A stretch of DNA of 64,000 bases from contig CAYHHH010000008.1 in assembly GCA_964356125.1 (NCBI GenBank), positions 4,337-68,336 on the forward strand, written 5' to 3'. The stretch is from an uncultured Bifidobacteriaceae bacterium. GTDB taxonomy: Bacteria; Acidobacteriota; Vicinamibacteria; Vicinamibacterales; JAMQPK01. The notes under the pieces are model-generated. The model searched no databases. It was not told where the DNA came from and saw only the letters and a list, made by a program, of their open reading frames with translations. The position numbers and the translations under genes were made by a program. This document shows, piece after piece, positions 1 to 10,330 of this stretch (position 1 is its first letter; each line of letters starts with the position of its first letter).

Positions 1-24
1 TTTACGCCCTGTAGGGCGCTTCAC

Positions 25-792
25 TTGGCACAAATCACTCTCGAGCACGTTGACCTCGAGTTCCACGTCGGCGCCGAGCGCCACACGACGCTGCAATCCG
101 CGGTGAAGCGCGGCCTGCGGCGTCACCACGTCGAGTCGCGCATTGTCAAGGCGCTGCAAGACGTCACGCTGTCGATCCGGTCGGGCGAGCGAGTTGGGTT
201 GATTGGCCACAATGGCGCCGGCAAGAGCACACTGTTGAAGGTGATGGCCGGCATTTACCCCCCCCAGCGCGGTAAAGTGGCGATCGACGGGCACGTCTGT
301 CCGTTGTTCGAGTTCATTACCGGCTTCGAGATGGAAGCGACCGGCTGGGAGAACATCCGCACCAGGGCGCTGCTGCTCGGGATGGCGCCGAAGGAGATCG
401 AGCGCAAGATCGAGAGCATCGGCGCCTTCTCCAACCTGGGCGAGTTTCTCGACATCCCGCTGCGGCACTACTCGTCGGGCATGTGCGTGCGGCTGGCATT
501 CGCGACCTCGACCGCGGTCGACCCGCAGATCCTGCTGCTCGACGAGGTGATGGCAGCCGGCGATGCCGCCTTCCAGGAAACCGCGCGGCTGCGGATGAAC
601 GAATTGATGGAGCGGGCCAGCATCGTCGTGTTCGCCACCCACAGCCTGGACATGTTGCCGCGCTTTTGCGAGCGGACGCTGCTGGTGCGCAAGGGCCGCA
701 TTGTTGCCGACGGCCCGACTGCCGAAGTGGTCGATCTCTACAACCATGGAACCGTGACCGCGCCGGGCGCCGAGGCCACTACCGAATCATGA
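25..792 (+). CDS. ABC transporter ATP-binding protein, polysaccharide export type (Wzt/KpsT/TagH-like)
   Basis: Walker A GHNGAGKST, ABC signature YSSGM and Walker B ILLLDE. TTG start. Stop overlaps the next ATG (ATGA at 789-792). Confidence 0.9.
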   Translation: MAQITLEHVDLEFHVGAERHTTLQSAVKRGLRRHHVESRIVKALQDVTLSIRSGERVGLIGHNGAGKSTLLKVMAGIYPPQRGKVAIDGHVCPLFEFITGFEMEATGWENIRTRALLLGMAPKEIERKIESIGAFSNLGEFLDIPLRHYSSGMCVRLAFATSTAVDPQILLLDEVMAAGDAAFQETARLRMNELMERASIVVFATHSLDMLPRFCERTLLVRKGRIVADGPTAEVVDLYNHGTVTAPGAEATTES

Positions 793-1928
793 AACCCATT
801 CAACTGTTCGTGCCCACCTTCCGGGTGGACGAGTGCCTGGCCGAAGTCCGCGAGTGTCTCGAGCGGGGCTGGACCGGTCTTGGCTACAAGACCAACGAGT
901 TCGAGACCGCGTGGAAGGCCTATACGGCGCTGCCGCATGCGCACTTTCTCAACTCGGCCACCTCGGGCCTGCACCTCGCGGTGCGGCTGCTCAAGGAGCG
1001 GTACCGGTGGCAGGAAGGCGACGAGGTCATCAGCACGCCGCTGACCTTTGTCTCCAGCAACCACGCCATCCTCTACGAGCGCCTGAAGCCGGTGTTCGCG
1101 GACGTGGACGAGTACCTCTGTCTCGATCCGGAATCCATCGCCGCACGGATCACGCCGCGGACGCGCGCGGTGATCTTCGTCGGCCTGGGCGGCAACAGCG
1201 GACGGCTCGCCGAGGTGGTGGCGCTCTGCCGCGATCGCGGTCTCAAGCTGATCCTCGACGCCGCCCACATGTCGGGCACCCGGCTCGGCGGCCGCCACGT
1301 CGGCGGTGAGGGCGACGTCACCGTGTTCAGCTTCCACGCCGTCAAGAACCTGCCGACGGCGGATGGCGGGATGATCTGCTTCCCGGATGCCGACTCCGAT
1401 GCCGCCGTCCGGCATTGGACCTGGCTGGGCATCGACAAGGACACCTTCGCGCGCACCAACAGCGACAGCACCTACAAGTGGTACTACGACGTCGAGCACG
1501 TCGGCTTCAAGTATCACGGCAACTCGATCATGGCTGGCATCGGCATGGTCTCGCTGAAGTATCTCGAGGCCGACAACACCTATCGCCGCCAGTTGGCGGC
1601 GTGGTACGACGAAGGGCTTGAGGGAGCGGACGGCATCGAACGCGTGGCGGTGGCGCCTGGCTGCGAATCGGCCCGCCATCTCTACCAGGTCTTGGTCGAT
1701 CGCCGGGATGACGTGATGGTGGCGCTCAATGCCGCCCAGATCTATCCGGGCGTGCACTATCGCGACAACACGATGTATGCGATGTATGCCGACCAGCCGC
1801 CGTGCCCGAGGGCCCACCGAGCGAGCGAGCGCGTGATCTCCCTGCCGATGCACCTCCAGCTGGAGCGAACGGACGTCCAGCGCGTGTGCGAAACCCTGAG
1901 AGAGATCACCGGTGGCGTCCGGCTTTAG
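789..1928 (+). CDS. DegT/DnrJ/EryC1/StrS-family PLP-dependent sugar aminotransferase
   Basis: Internal ATG at 789 of ORF 483..1928, coupled to the upstream stop. NSATSGLHLA and the PLP-lysine motif SFHAVKNL. Confidence 0.9.
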   Translation: MKPIQLFVPTFRVDECLAEVRECLERGWTGLGYKTNEFETAWKAYTALPHAHFLNSATSGLHLAVRLLKERYRWQEGDEVISTPLTFVSSNHAILYERLKPVFADVDEYLCLDPESIAARITPRTRAVIFVGLGGNSGRLAEVVALCRDRGLKLILDAAHMSGTRLGGRHVGGEGDVTVFSFHAVKNLPTADGGMICFPDADSDAAVRHWTWLGIDKDTFARTNSDSTYKWYYDVEHVGFKYHGNSIMAGIGMVSLKYLEADNTYRRQLAAWYDEGLEGADGIERVAVAPGCESARHLYQVLVDRRDDVMVALNAAQIYPGVHYRDNTMYAMYADQPPCPRAHRASERVISLPMHLQLERTDVQRVCETLREITGGVRL

Positions 1929-1941
1929 CCGGACATTCCCA

Positions 1942-2463
1942 ATGCCCAAACGCCACATTGCTCCGCTTGTCAGCGGCCGCGTCCGGCTCCGGCTCCTCGA
2001 GGAAGCCGATCTGCCGATGACGCTCGCGTGGCGCAACCAGGATCACATCCGCAAGTGGTTTCTCCACGCCGAGCAAGTCTCCGCGGCGCAGCACCGGGCG
2101 TGGTTCAGCCGCTACCTGGCGAGCGATGATGATTTGGTGTTCATAATCGAAGACATCCAACGCGACGATTGCCCGGTCGGACAGGTGGCGATTTACCACA
2201 TCGACTTGGCGACGAAATCCGCAGAGTTTGGCCGTCTCATGATTGGTGACCAAGCGGCAGGCGGGCGCGGTCTGGCCGGCAGCGCCACAAGGCTCTTGGT
2301 CGAGACGGCAATGACGGAGTGGGGACTCGAAACCGTGACACTGGATGTGAAGACTGACAATGCCGCCGCACTCGCGATCTATCGCGCCTGCGGTTTCCGT
2401 CCAGAAAGCCAGGACGGAAGTGTGGTGCGCATGACGAGACTTCACCGCAAGGGGCTGCCATGA
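1942..2463 (+). CDS. GNAT-family N-acetyltransferase (PseH/RimL-like)
   Basis: VRLRLLEEADLPMTLAWRNQ N-terminus and GRGLAGSATRLL acetyl-CoA loop, typical of GNAT. ATG at 1942 chosen inside ORF 1912..2463. Confidence 0.8.
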   Translation: MPKRHIAPLVSGRVRLRLLEEADLPMTLAWRNQDHIRKWFLHAEQVSAAQHRAWFSRYLASDDDLVFIIEDIQRDDCPVGQVAIYHIDLATKSAEFGRLMIGDQAAGGRGLAGSATRLLVETAMTEWGLETVTLDVKTDNAAALAIYRACGFRPESQDGSVVRMTRLHRKGLP

Positions 2464-4334
2464 AGAACCGTTACGTGCTGCTTGGCGATGTGCTGCTGAT
2501 TCCACTGGCAGCGTTCGCTGCATTCGCCGGCCGTTTCGATTTGGGTTTCGTTGGCCAGCGTCCTGAATTCGGTCGCTACGTCGCCGCGGCCTTGGTGATC
2601 AAGCCCATGGTGTTTCTCTGCTTTGGGTTGTACCAGCGCTACTGGCGCTACGCGAGCATCCAGGATCTCGCGGTGGTGGTCTGGGCGGCCACCGTGTCGA
2701 TCTTGGCGATGGCTGCCTATGTGGCCCTCTCGTTCGGCGAGCTCGCGGGGGGCTTCTCGCGAATCGTGCTTTTCAACGACTGGCTGATGACCCTGGCGAC
2801 CGCTGGCGGTCTGCGGGTCGCCGTGCGATTGCTGACGGAGACTGCGTCACGGGATCGTGGAGCCGCGGCCGGCAAGACCCGGCGCGTGCTGGTAGTCGGC
2901 GCCGGTGCCGCCGGGACGATGGTGGTGCGCGAGATGCGGCGAAATCCGCAACTTGGAATGCAACCCGCCGGTTTCTTGGATGACGACATCGACAAGGTCG
3001 GCAAGTATCTCGCCGGTGTTCGAGTCTTGGGTTCCACCGCAGACCTCGCAGACGCCGTCCGTGCCAGCCGCATCGACCATGTGTTGATCGCCATGCCGAC
3101 CGCCCGCGGCGCGGCGGTGCGCAATGTCGTCAACAGCTGCCGCGTCGCTGGCGTGCCTTCACAGATTATCCCCGGCGTCTTCGAACTCATCGGCGGCCGG
3201 GCCAGCGTCAGCCGCATGCGCACTGTTGAGATCGCCGACTTGTTGCGACGCGCCCCGGTCATGCGCGAGACCGATACCGGCATCGTGACCGGCCGGGTCG
3301 TGCTGATTACTGGTGCCGGCGGTTCGATAGGTTACGAGTTGGCGCGCCAGGTTGCCAACGCGTCTCCCGCACGGCTGGTCCTGTTAGGCCATGGCGAGAA
3401 CAGTTTGTTCGAGGCGGAGGCTCGATTGCGCCTGGCCTTTCCGAGCGTCCCGCTCGCTACGGTGATTGCGGATACCCGCGACAACCAGCGGCTGGCCCTC
3501 ATCTTCGACCAGGTGAGGCCGCAGGTCGTGTTTCATGCGGCGGCGCACAAGCATGTCCCTCTGATGGAAGAGAATCCTGAAGAGGCCGTGACCAACAATG
3601 TCACTGGTACTCGCAACGTGGTGAACCAGGCCGTTCGTGTTGGCACCGATCGCCTGGTGTTGATTTCGACCGACAAGGCGGTCTCGCCGACCAGCATTAT
3701 GGGCGCGACCAAGCGCGTGGCCGAAGCCATCGTTCGCCGCGCCGCTCAAGAAACCGGCCGCGCGTTCGTGGTAGTTCGGTTCGGCAACGTCCTTGGCAGC
3801 CGCGGGTCGGTGGTGAATACCTTCAAGGAGCAAATCGAGCGCGGCGGTCCGGTGACCGTGACACACCCGGAAATGACGCGCTTCTTCATGACCATTCCCG
3901 AGGCGGTTCACCTCGTGCTGCAGGCCACGGAAGCCGGCAAAGGTGGAGAGCTGTTCGTCCTCGACATGGGCGAGCCGGTCAAGATCGTTGATCTGGTTCG
4001 AGACCTGATCGTTTTATCCGGACTGGAAGAGGACGAGATCACGGTGGTCTATCGGGGCATGCGACCAGGCGAGAAGTTGCATGAGCGGCTGTACGACGCG
4101 GGATACGAAACACGGCCCACGCCGCATCCTGATGTTCTGGAAGTTATCGGCGCCGATCCCTGTGTCTCCGCCGCTTTGCCCGACTTGGTCCAGAAACTCG
4201 AGCAAGCCGCTCGCCATGGGGATCGGAAAGCCATTACCTGCCAGTTGACCGATCTGGTGCCAGGTTTTGTGCACACTCCGAGTCCTGAGCCGGAGCCGCG
4301 TTCAGCCGTTCCAATCAAAGAAGCCCAATATTGA
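2460..4334 (+). CDS. Membrane-anchored nucleotide-sugar 4,6-dehydratase (PglF/WbpM/CapD family)
   Basis: Hydrophobic N-terminal about 130 aa. Two Rossmann motifs (VVGAGAAG, ITGAGGSIG), STDKAV and MGATKRVAE. ATGA overlap with the upstream gene. Confidence 0.9.
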   Translation: MKNRYVLLGDVLLIPLAAFAAFAGRFDLGFVGQRPEFGRYVAAALVIKPMVFLCFGLYQRYWRYASIQDLAVVVWAATVSILAMAAYVALSFGELAGGFSRIVLFNDWLMTLATAGGLRVAVRLLTETASRDRGAAAGKTRRVLVVGAGAAGTMVVREMRRNPQLGMQPAGFLDDDIDKVGKYLAGVRVLGSTADLADAVRASRIDHVLIAMPTARGAAVRNVVNSCRVAGVPSQIIPGVFELIGGRASVSRMRTVEIADLLRRAPVMRETDTGIVTGRVVLITGAGGSIGYELARQVANASPARLVLLGHGENSLFEAEARLRLAFPSVPLATVIADTRDNQRLALIFDQVRPQVVFHAAAHKHVPLMEENPEEAVTNNVTGTRNVVNQAVRVGTDRLVLISTDKAVSPTSIMGATKRVAEAIVRRAAQETGRAFVVVRFGNVLGSRGSVVNTFKEQIERGGPVTVTHPEMTRFFMTIPEAVHLVLQATEAGKGGELFVLDMGEPVKIVDLVRDLIVLSGLEEDEITVVYRGMRPGEKLHERLYDAGYETRPTPHPDVLEVIGADPCVSAALPDLVQKLEQAARHGDRKAITCQLTDLVPGFVHTPSPEPEPRSAVPIKEAQY

Positions 4335-4383
4335 CAATTGGTTACGGAGCGCGTTTAATGAGTGTTCACGACATGAACACTGG

Positions 4384-5055
4384 GTGGTGTCGCCCAGCTC
4401 CGCCTTGGCTGTAGCCGAGAGGCACGAAGTGTTTCCACCCACAGAACCCGCCGGCCACGAAGCACGTCTCGATGAGCTCCTGCTCCGAATCGAGGATCAG
4501 GGCCGCGTCAGCCAACGATCGCTGGCGCAGGAACTGGGGATTGCACTTGGCCTGACCAATCTGCTCCTTCGCCGTCTCGCGCAACTTGGCTGGATTCAAG
4601 TCGAGCGGCTGAATCGCAACCACGCCCGTTACCTGATCACCCCACTGGGCCTGGCACAGCGGGCCCGCGTCAAGCAACAGAAGCTCGAGCAGGCCATTCG
4701 GTCGTACGCTGACGCGCGTGACCGTGTTCGCGCCAGTCTCGAGCGGCTGTCGGCCGAGTGGCCCGAGCCTGGCGCGCGACAGAAGCGCGTGGTGTTTTTC
4801 GGCGCCAATGAACTGACCGAGATCGCCTCGGTCTGCCTGAAGGGCATGGATCTCCAACTCGTCGCGGTAGTCGACGATGCCCCCCTCTCGAAGCTGGTCG
4901 AGGTGCCGATCATCAAGACCACTGCCCTGACGGCCAGCGCCGCGGACGGGCGGCCATTCGATCGCCTCGTCATGATGACGATGCAATCGCGGGATCGGGT
5001 CACGCCGCGCCTGATAGAAATTGGGTTTCCGCTGGAGAACGTCGCCTGGATTTGA
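4384..5055 (+). CDS. Winged-helix (MarR-like) DNA-binding protein with C-terminal Rossmann-like domain, putative cluster regulator
   Basis: wHTH-like segment VSQRSLAQELGIALGLTNLLLRRLAQLGWIQVERL followed by KRVVFFGANELTE. Start uncertain: GTG 4384 chosen because the 4267 start would overlap the upstream gene by 68 nt. Confidence 0.55.
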   Translation: MVSPSSALAVAERHEVFPPTEPAGHEARLDELLLRIEDQGRVSQRSLAQELGIALGLTNLLLRRLAQLGWIQVERLNRNHARYLITPLGLAQRARVKQQKLEQAIRSYADARDRVRASLERLSAEWPEPGARQKRVVFFGANELTEIASVCLKGMDLQLVAVVDDAPLSKLVEVPIIKTTALTASAADGRPFDRLVMMTMQSRDRVTPRLIEIGFPLENVAWI

Positions 5056-5151
5056 GCGAGGCGGCGCTCCTGACCCTCGCCGTTGTCTGCGTAGCGGCAG
5101 CCATTCATTTGCTCTTCGGCGTAGGGAGCGGCCTACGGCGCCTTTGCGCTC

Positions 5152-5352
5152 GTGCAGATGACGACGCTCGTCTTGGCCGGCACACCACCGTTGCAAGGCT
5201 TCCTTCGAACTGGTGCGTATGTCGGGCTGGCGCTCTCGGTATGGCTGTTGGCTGAAGCACTGGTCTTCGATCGCCTCAGCCCGCGGCGCTACCGTGCCGC
5301 GTTCGGAGTGTTTGCCCTGTCTTTAGGGTTGTTACTGCTTCTGCGAGACTGA
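5152..5352 (+). CDS. Hypothetical small two-helix membrane protein
   Basis: 66-aa ORF with two hydrophobic stretches and GC-rich third positions. It lies in the 310-nt gap before pseB and competes with overlapping ORF 5052..5255 in another frame. Confidence 0.3.
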   Translation: MQMTTLVLAGTPPLQGFLRTGAYVGLALSVWLLAEALVFDRLSPRRYRAAFGVFALSLGLLLLLRD

Positions 5353-6420
<1,068 letters not shown>

Positions 6421-6447
6421 GACAATCGTCGCCCAGGAACTGACCTC

Positions 6448-7644
6448 ATGACGCAGCCTCCCACGCAACCGCGCCGGGTGATCCCCTACGGCCACCAGAG
6501 CATCAGCGCCGCCGACCGCGAAGCGGTCACGCGCGTGCTGGAGAGCGACTGGCTGACACAGGGCCCCGCTGTCGAGGCCTTCGAAACGGCGCTGCGCGAT
6601 TACTTCGGCTGCGGTCATGCGGTGTCATGTAACAACGGCACGGCGGCCCTCCATCTGGCCGCGCTGGCACTCGAGTGGCAGCCGGGCGACGTCGTCATTG
6701 TCCCGGCCATCACCTTTCTGGCGACAGCCAACTGTGCGGTCTACGTCGGCGCCGAAGCGTGTTTTGCGGATATTGACGACCGCACCTTCACCATCGATCC
6801 CAACGAGGTCGAACGCCATGTCCTGCGGCTTCGTGCCGCCGGCCGCCGCGTGCGCGCCATCGTTGGCGTCGACCTGGCTGGTCATCCGTGCGACTGGGTG
6901 GCATTGCGGGCCTTGGCTGATCGTTACCAGCTTCAGCTCGTTGACGATGGCTGTCACGCCCTTGGCGCAGTCGACAGTTCTGGTGAGCGGGTCGGATCGG
7001 GTCGTTACGCCGACCTCACTACCTTGAGTTTCCATCCGGTCAAGCACATCACCACCGCTGAAGGTGGGGCGGTGTTAACCCGTAATGGCGAACTGGCAAG
7101 CCGGATGATGCGCCTGCGGAGTCACGGTACCGTGCGAGGCGAGAAACAGGTCGCGAGCTGGGAAGGACCGTGGCATTACGACATGGTCGATCTCGGCTAC
7201 AACTACCGGCTGTCCGATCTACAGGCGGCGCTTGGGACCTCGCAGATGGCGCGGCTGCCGGCGTTTGTCGAGCGACGCCGGGCAATTGCCGATCGTTACC
7301 GCGCGCAGTTCGCCGGCTTCGATCGGCTCCGGCTGCCCGTCGAAGTGGGCGGCGCGCGCCATGCTTATCATTTGTTCATCGGACGAGCCGAGTTTGCAAA
7401 CGGGATGTCGCGCCGGCAGTTGTTCGATTACTGCCGTGAGCGCGGGATCATTTTGCAGGTCCACTACCGGCCGGTCCACCGCAACGCGTTTTACCAGCGA
7501 TACGCTGAAGCGCGGGCCGCGGAGTCGTGGACGCCGGTCTCTCGTCGTTATTACGACGAGGCCATCTCGCTGCCGATGTTTCCGGACCTGAGCGACGACG
7601 ACGTCGACTATGTCGTGAGTGTTTTGCGCGAGGCGTTGGCATGA
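6448..7644 (+). CDS. pseC: UDP-4-amino-4,6-dideoxy-N-acetyl-beta-L-altrosamine transaminase, PseC
   Basis: IPYGHQSIS...LESDWLTQGP N-terminus and LSFHPVKHITTAEGG PLP-lysine motif, characteristic of PseC. Immediately follows pseB. Confidence 0.9.
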   Translation: MTQPPTQPRRVIPYGHQSISAADREAVTRVLESDWLTQGPAVEAFETALRDYFGCGHAVSCNNGTAALHLAALALEWQPGDVVIVPAITFLATANCAVYVGAEACFADIDDRTFTIDPNEVERHVLRLRAAGRRVRAIVGVDLAGHPCDWVALRALADRYQLQLVDDGCHALGAVDSSGERVGSGRYADLTTLSFHPVKHITTAEGGAVLTRNGELASRMMRLRSHGTVRGEKQVASWEGPWHYDMVDLGYNYRLSDLQAALGTSQMARLPAFVERRRAIADRYRAQFAGFDRLRLPVEVGGARHAYHLFIGRAEFANGMSRRQLFDYCRERGIILQVHYRPVHRNAFYQRYAEARAAESWTPVSRRYYDEAISLPMFPDLSDDDVDYVVSVLREALA

Positions 7645-8519
7645 CGCAACGAGGTGGCGCGACCCTTGGCCTGGGTACGGCGACCTTCATTCCGGGTTAC
7701 GGGCTTGCGCCTCAGGGCCGGCCGGACGTTTCGCTCTTGCGCCGGGCGGTCAATCTCGGCATTCGCTACATCGATACGGCGGCGGCGTACGGCGACGGCG
7801 AGGCCGCCCTGGCCAACCTTGCCGACGTCGTCGACGTTCACGACGTGCGCGTCTGCACCAAGATTCAGCCGGCGGTGCGGACCGCCGAAGCCTTCGTCGA
7901 CGCCGGTCGCGCGTCGCTCTCGCGACTGCGCCGCGCGCAGGTCGACACCATGATGCTGCACAGCGTGCTTGACGGCAGCGTCGCCGACGCCGGTCTTCGG
8001 CTCGCGTGGCAGGGGCTCAAGTCCGAAGGCATGGCGCGATGGAACGGCGTGTCGACTTACGGCACGGAGCCGGCGTGCCTGGCGGCATCGGAGCCCTGGT
8101 GTGACGTGTTGCAGATCGAGTATTCGATTCTCAACCAGTCGGTGCTGCGGGCCTTGCCGGCCGGCTCGCGGCCTGAAGTGGTGGTCCGGAGCGTGCTGTG
8201 CAAGGGCCTGCTGACCGCGGACGCCGTTGACGGGAGCCTGCCCGCCGAGGTCGCCGCCACCGTTGGCGAGTTGTCGGCACTCGCGGGCGACTTGGGCATG
8301 GATCTGGCCACGCTCGCCATTCGATTTGCGTTGGACTCGGCCGGTGTCGATGTCGTCATCATTGGCATCGCCGACGAGGCCCAACTCGATAGTGCCATCG
8401 CGGCCTGGAAGCGCGCCCCGCTCACTGTCGAGCAATGGACACACGTCGCAGGATTCGACCGCAGCAGGGCTGACTGGAGCCATCCGGAACGCTGGCCCGC
8501 AGGACGCCTGACCGCATGA
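7641..8519 (+). CDS. Aldo/keto reductase family oxidoreductase
   Basis: ATG 7641 inside ORF 7527..8519, ATGA-coupled to pseC. LGLGTATF and IRYIDTAAAYGDGE motifs. Confidence 0.85.
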   Translation: MTQRGGATLGLGTATFIPGYGLAPQGRPDVSLLRRAVNLGIRYIDTAAAYGDGEAALANLADVVDVHDVRVCTKIQPAVRTAEAFVDAGRASLSRLRRAQVDTMMLHSVLDGSVADAGLRLAWQGLKSEGMARWNGVSTYGTEPACLAASEPWCDVLQIEYSILNQSVLRALPAGSRPEVVVRSVLCKGLLTADAVDGSLPAEVAATVGELSALAGDLGMDLATLAIRFALDSAGVDVVIIGIADEAQLDSAIAAWKRAPLTVEQWTHVAGFDRSRADWSHPERWPAGRLTA

Positions 8520-9532
8520 CACGCCCCATCCAGGTGATTGCCGAGATCGCGCAAGGCTTCGAGGGCTCGCTCGCCCAAGCGCGGCTGTTGCTGCGCGCCG
8601 CTGCCGCGGCTGGAGCCGACGCAGCGAAGTACCAGCTGGTTTATGCAGACGAGTTGGCGTCGCCCGACTACGTTCACTACGCATTGTTCCGGTCGCTGGA
8701 GATGCCTGACGAGGCGTGGCAGGAACTGGCCGACTACGCGACGCAGCTCGGGATCGAACTGCATCTCGATATCTTCGGCACGCGCAGCCTTGAACTGGCC
8801 GGTCGGATCGGAGCCGCCACCGTCAAAGTGCATGGCACCGACTTGGCCAACGACGGCTTACTCACCGCGGTGGCCGGCAGCGCCGCGGTATCGGTGTTGC
8901 TCGGCGCCGGCGGCGCGCATGCCACCGAGATCGACCGCGCGCTCGACATCCTCGCCGGCAAGTCGGTCGTCGTGCTGCTTGGGTTCCAGGGGTACCCGAC
9001 CCCTGACGATACTAATCAGATCGCCAGGGTCACGGCGATGGTCGAAGGCCTGCGCCGGCGGCATGATCGGCTCCGGGTTGGATTCGCCGATCACGCCAAC
9101 CCCGAGACGCCGCTTCGTTATGCGCTGGCCGCCGCCGCCGTGGGCGCCGGTGCGGCCGTCATCGAGAAACACCTGACACTGGCCCGCGTGATGGCGCTGG
9201 AGGATCACGAATCCGCTCTCGGCCCTGACGAGTTCGCCGAATTTACCCGCACCATTCGCGGATGCGCGGGAGCCGTTGGCGTCGCGAACTTGAGTGCCGA
9301 TGACTTCGGCATGAGCGACGCGGAGAAGGCGTATCGCGCGATGATTCGCCGTCATGTGGTGGCCAGCCGCGATCTGCCGGCGGGCACCACGCTGGCGGCG
9401 GCCGACATGGTGCTGAAGCGCACCTCGGCGGCGCAGCCGCTCGTCGATTGCCGCGCGGTTTATGGACGGCGCCTGGTCCGCGGCATTGGCACGAATGCGC
9501 CGATCCTGGCAGGCGATCTGGACACCGAATGA
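8516..9532 (+). CDS. Divergent NeuB-family (sialic/nonulosonic acid synthase-like) protein with C-terminal SAF domain
   Basis: IAEIAQGFEGSLAQARLLLRAAAAAGADAAKYQ replaces canonical IAEIGxNHNG...GADAVKFQ. GFADHA metal-site motif and EKHLTL are present. C-terminal SAF-like RRHVVASRDLPAGTTL. Confidence 0.8.
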   Translation: MTRPIQVIAEIAQGFEGSLAQARLLLRAAAAAGADAAKYQLVYADELASPDYVHYALFRSLEMPDEAWQELADYATQLGIELHLDIFGTRSLELAGRIGAATVKVHGTDLANDGLLTAVAGSAAVSVLLGAGGAHATEIDRALDILAGKSVVVLLGFQGYPTPDDTNQIARVTAMVEGLRRRHDRLRVGFADHANPETPLRYALAAAAVGAGAAVIEKHLTLARVMALEDHESALGPDEFAEFTRTIRGCAGAVGVANLSADDFGMSDAEKAYRAMIRRHVVASRDLPAGTTLAAADMVLKRTSAAQPLVDCRAVYGRRLVRGIGTNAPILAGDLDTE

Positions 9533-10329
9533 GCCGTCGTCTCGTCGCCGCTGTCGCCTGCCGCAACCAGGGCGCCCGCCTGTACGGCAAGCCGCTTCAG
9601 AACCTTGACGTCGACCGTGGCGTTCGTATCATCGACAACATCATCGGCTGCTTGAAGAGCCTTCGCGATGTTGACGAGATCGTGCTCGGCATTTCAGAGG
9701 GCATCGAAAACGAAGCGTACCGCATGGTCGCCGAGCAGCACGGTCTCTCCTTCATCGTCGGCGACCAGAAAGACGTGCTGTGGCGTCTTGTGCAATGCGG
9801 TGACCAGGGTCACGCCACCGATATCTTTCGCATCACCAGCGAATCGCCCTTTCTTTACTTTGAGCCGGTCGCGCAGATGTGGCAGCGGCACCAGGCCGAG
9901 CACGCCGACGCCACTTTTCTCTGGGACATCATCGACGGCGCGGGGTGCGAAATCTACACCATGGAGACCCTGCGGGCCTCGCACGCGCGTGGGGCTGCGA
10001 AACACCGTTCCGAGCTGTGCTCGCTGTACGTGCGCGAACATCCCGAGGAGTTCAACGTCCTGCGCATCGATGCGCCCGTGGAACTGCGCCGCAAGGATGT
10101 GCGCCTGACGGTGGACTATCCGGAAGATCTGGTCGTGTGCCGTGCGGTCTACCGGGCGCTGCGCGCGCAGGCGCCGCGGCTGAGCGTGCCCGACATCGTG
10201 CGCTTTCTCGACGCGCATCCGCGGTTGCTCGAACTGCTGGCGCCGTATACCGAGGCGGGCTACGCCACCATGGACTTGTGGGGCGCCAAGCTGGCGGTGC
10301 CTCCCGGCGGTTCGCCAGAAAGGGCCTGA
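9529..10329 (+). CDS. SpsF-like cytidylyltransferase-family protein (CTP_transf_3-like)
   Basis: ATG 9529 inside ORF 9448..10329, ATGA-coupled. VAAVACRNQGARLYGKPL N-terminus and RLTVDYPEDL motif, typical of the SpsF/acylneuraminate cytidylyltransferase family. Confidence 0.8.
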   Translation: MSRRLVAAVACRNQGARLYGKPLQNLDVDRGVRIIDNIIGCLKSLRDVDEIVLGISEGIENEAYRMVAEQHGLSFIVGDQKDVLWRLVQCGDQGHATDIFRITSESPFLYFEPVAQMWQRHQAEHADATFLWDIIDGAGCEIYTMETLRASHARGAAKHRSELCSLYVREHPEEFNVLRIDAPVELRRKDVRLTVDYPEDLVVCRAVYRALRAQAPRLSVPDIVRFLDAHPRLLELLAPYTEAGYATMDLWGAKLAVPPGGSPERA

Positions 10330-10330
10330 C

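Noticed and set aside
5-18. Small hairpin CGCCC-TGTA-GGGCG just upstream of the first gene.
   Set aside because: The stem is 5 bp with no T-run, and it lies at the window edge without upstream context. It is too weak to call a terminator or regulatory element.
483-788. N-terminal extensions offered by the ORF track, for example 483..1928, 7527..8519, 9448..10329, 15112..16278, 31634..32731, 38002..39156, 39036..39968, 50380..51543, 51348..52208 and 61734..62609.
   Set aside because: The extensions overlap the preceding, well-supported gene and are low-complexity. In each case an in-frame ATG or GTG overlapping or adjacent to the upstream stop begins exactly where family homology starts.
738-2036. 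Long antisense or alternative-frame ORFs throughout the track, for example 738..2036(-), 5578..6618(-), 7608..8684(-), 17408..18739(-), 21379..22728(-), 33323..34540(-), 37984..39114(-), 38415..39551(-), 43286..44278(-), 58769..60094(-) and 38253..39035(+).
   Set aside because: They are Arg/Pro/Gly/Ala-rich translations with no recognisable motifs, and they lie entirely opposite or out of frame to genes with strong family signatures. This is the typical stop-codon-poor artefact of high-GC DNA.
8516-9532. Considered calling this gene legI or neuB outright.
   Set aside because: The substrate-loop motif deviates strongly from canonical NeuB/LegI/PseI. Without a phylogeny only a family-level call is justified.
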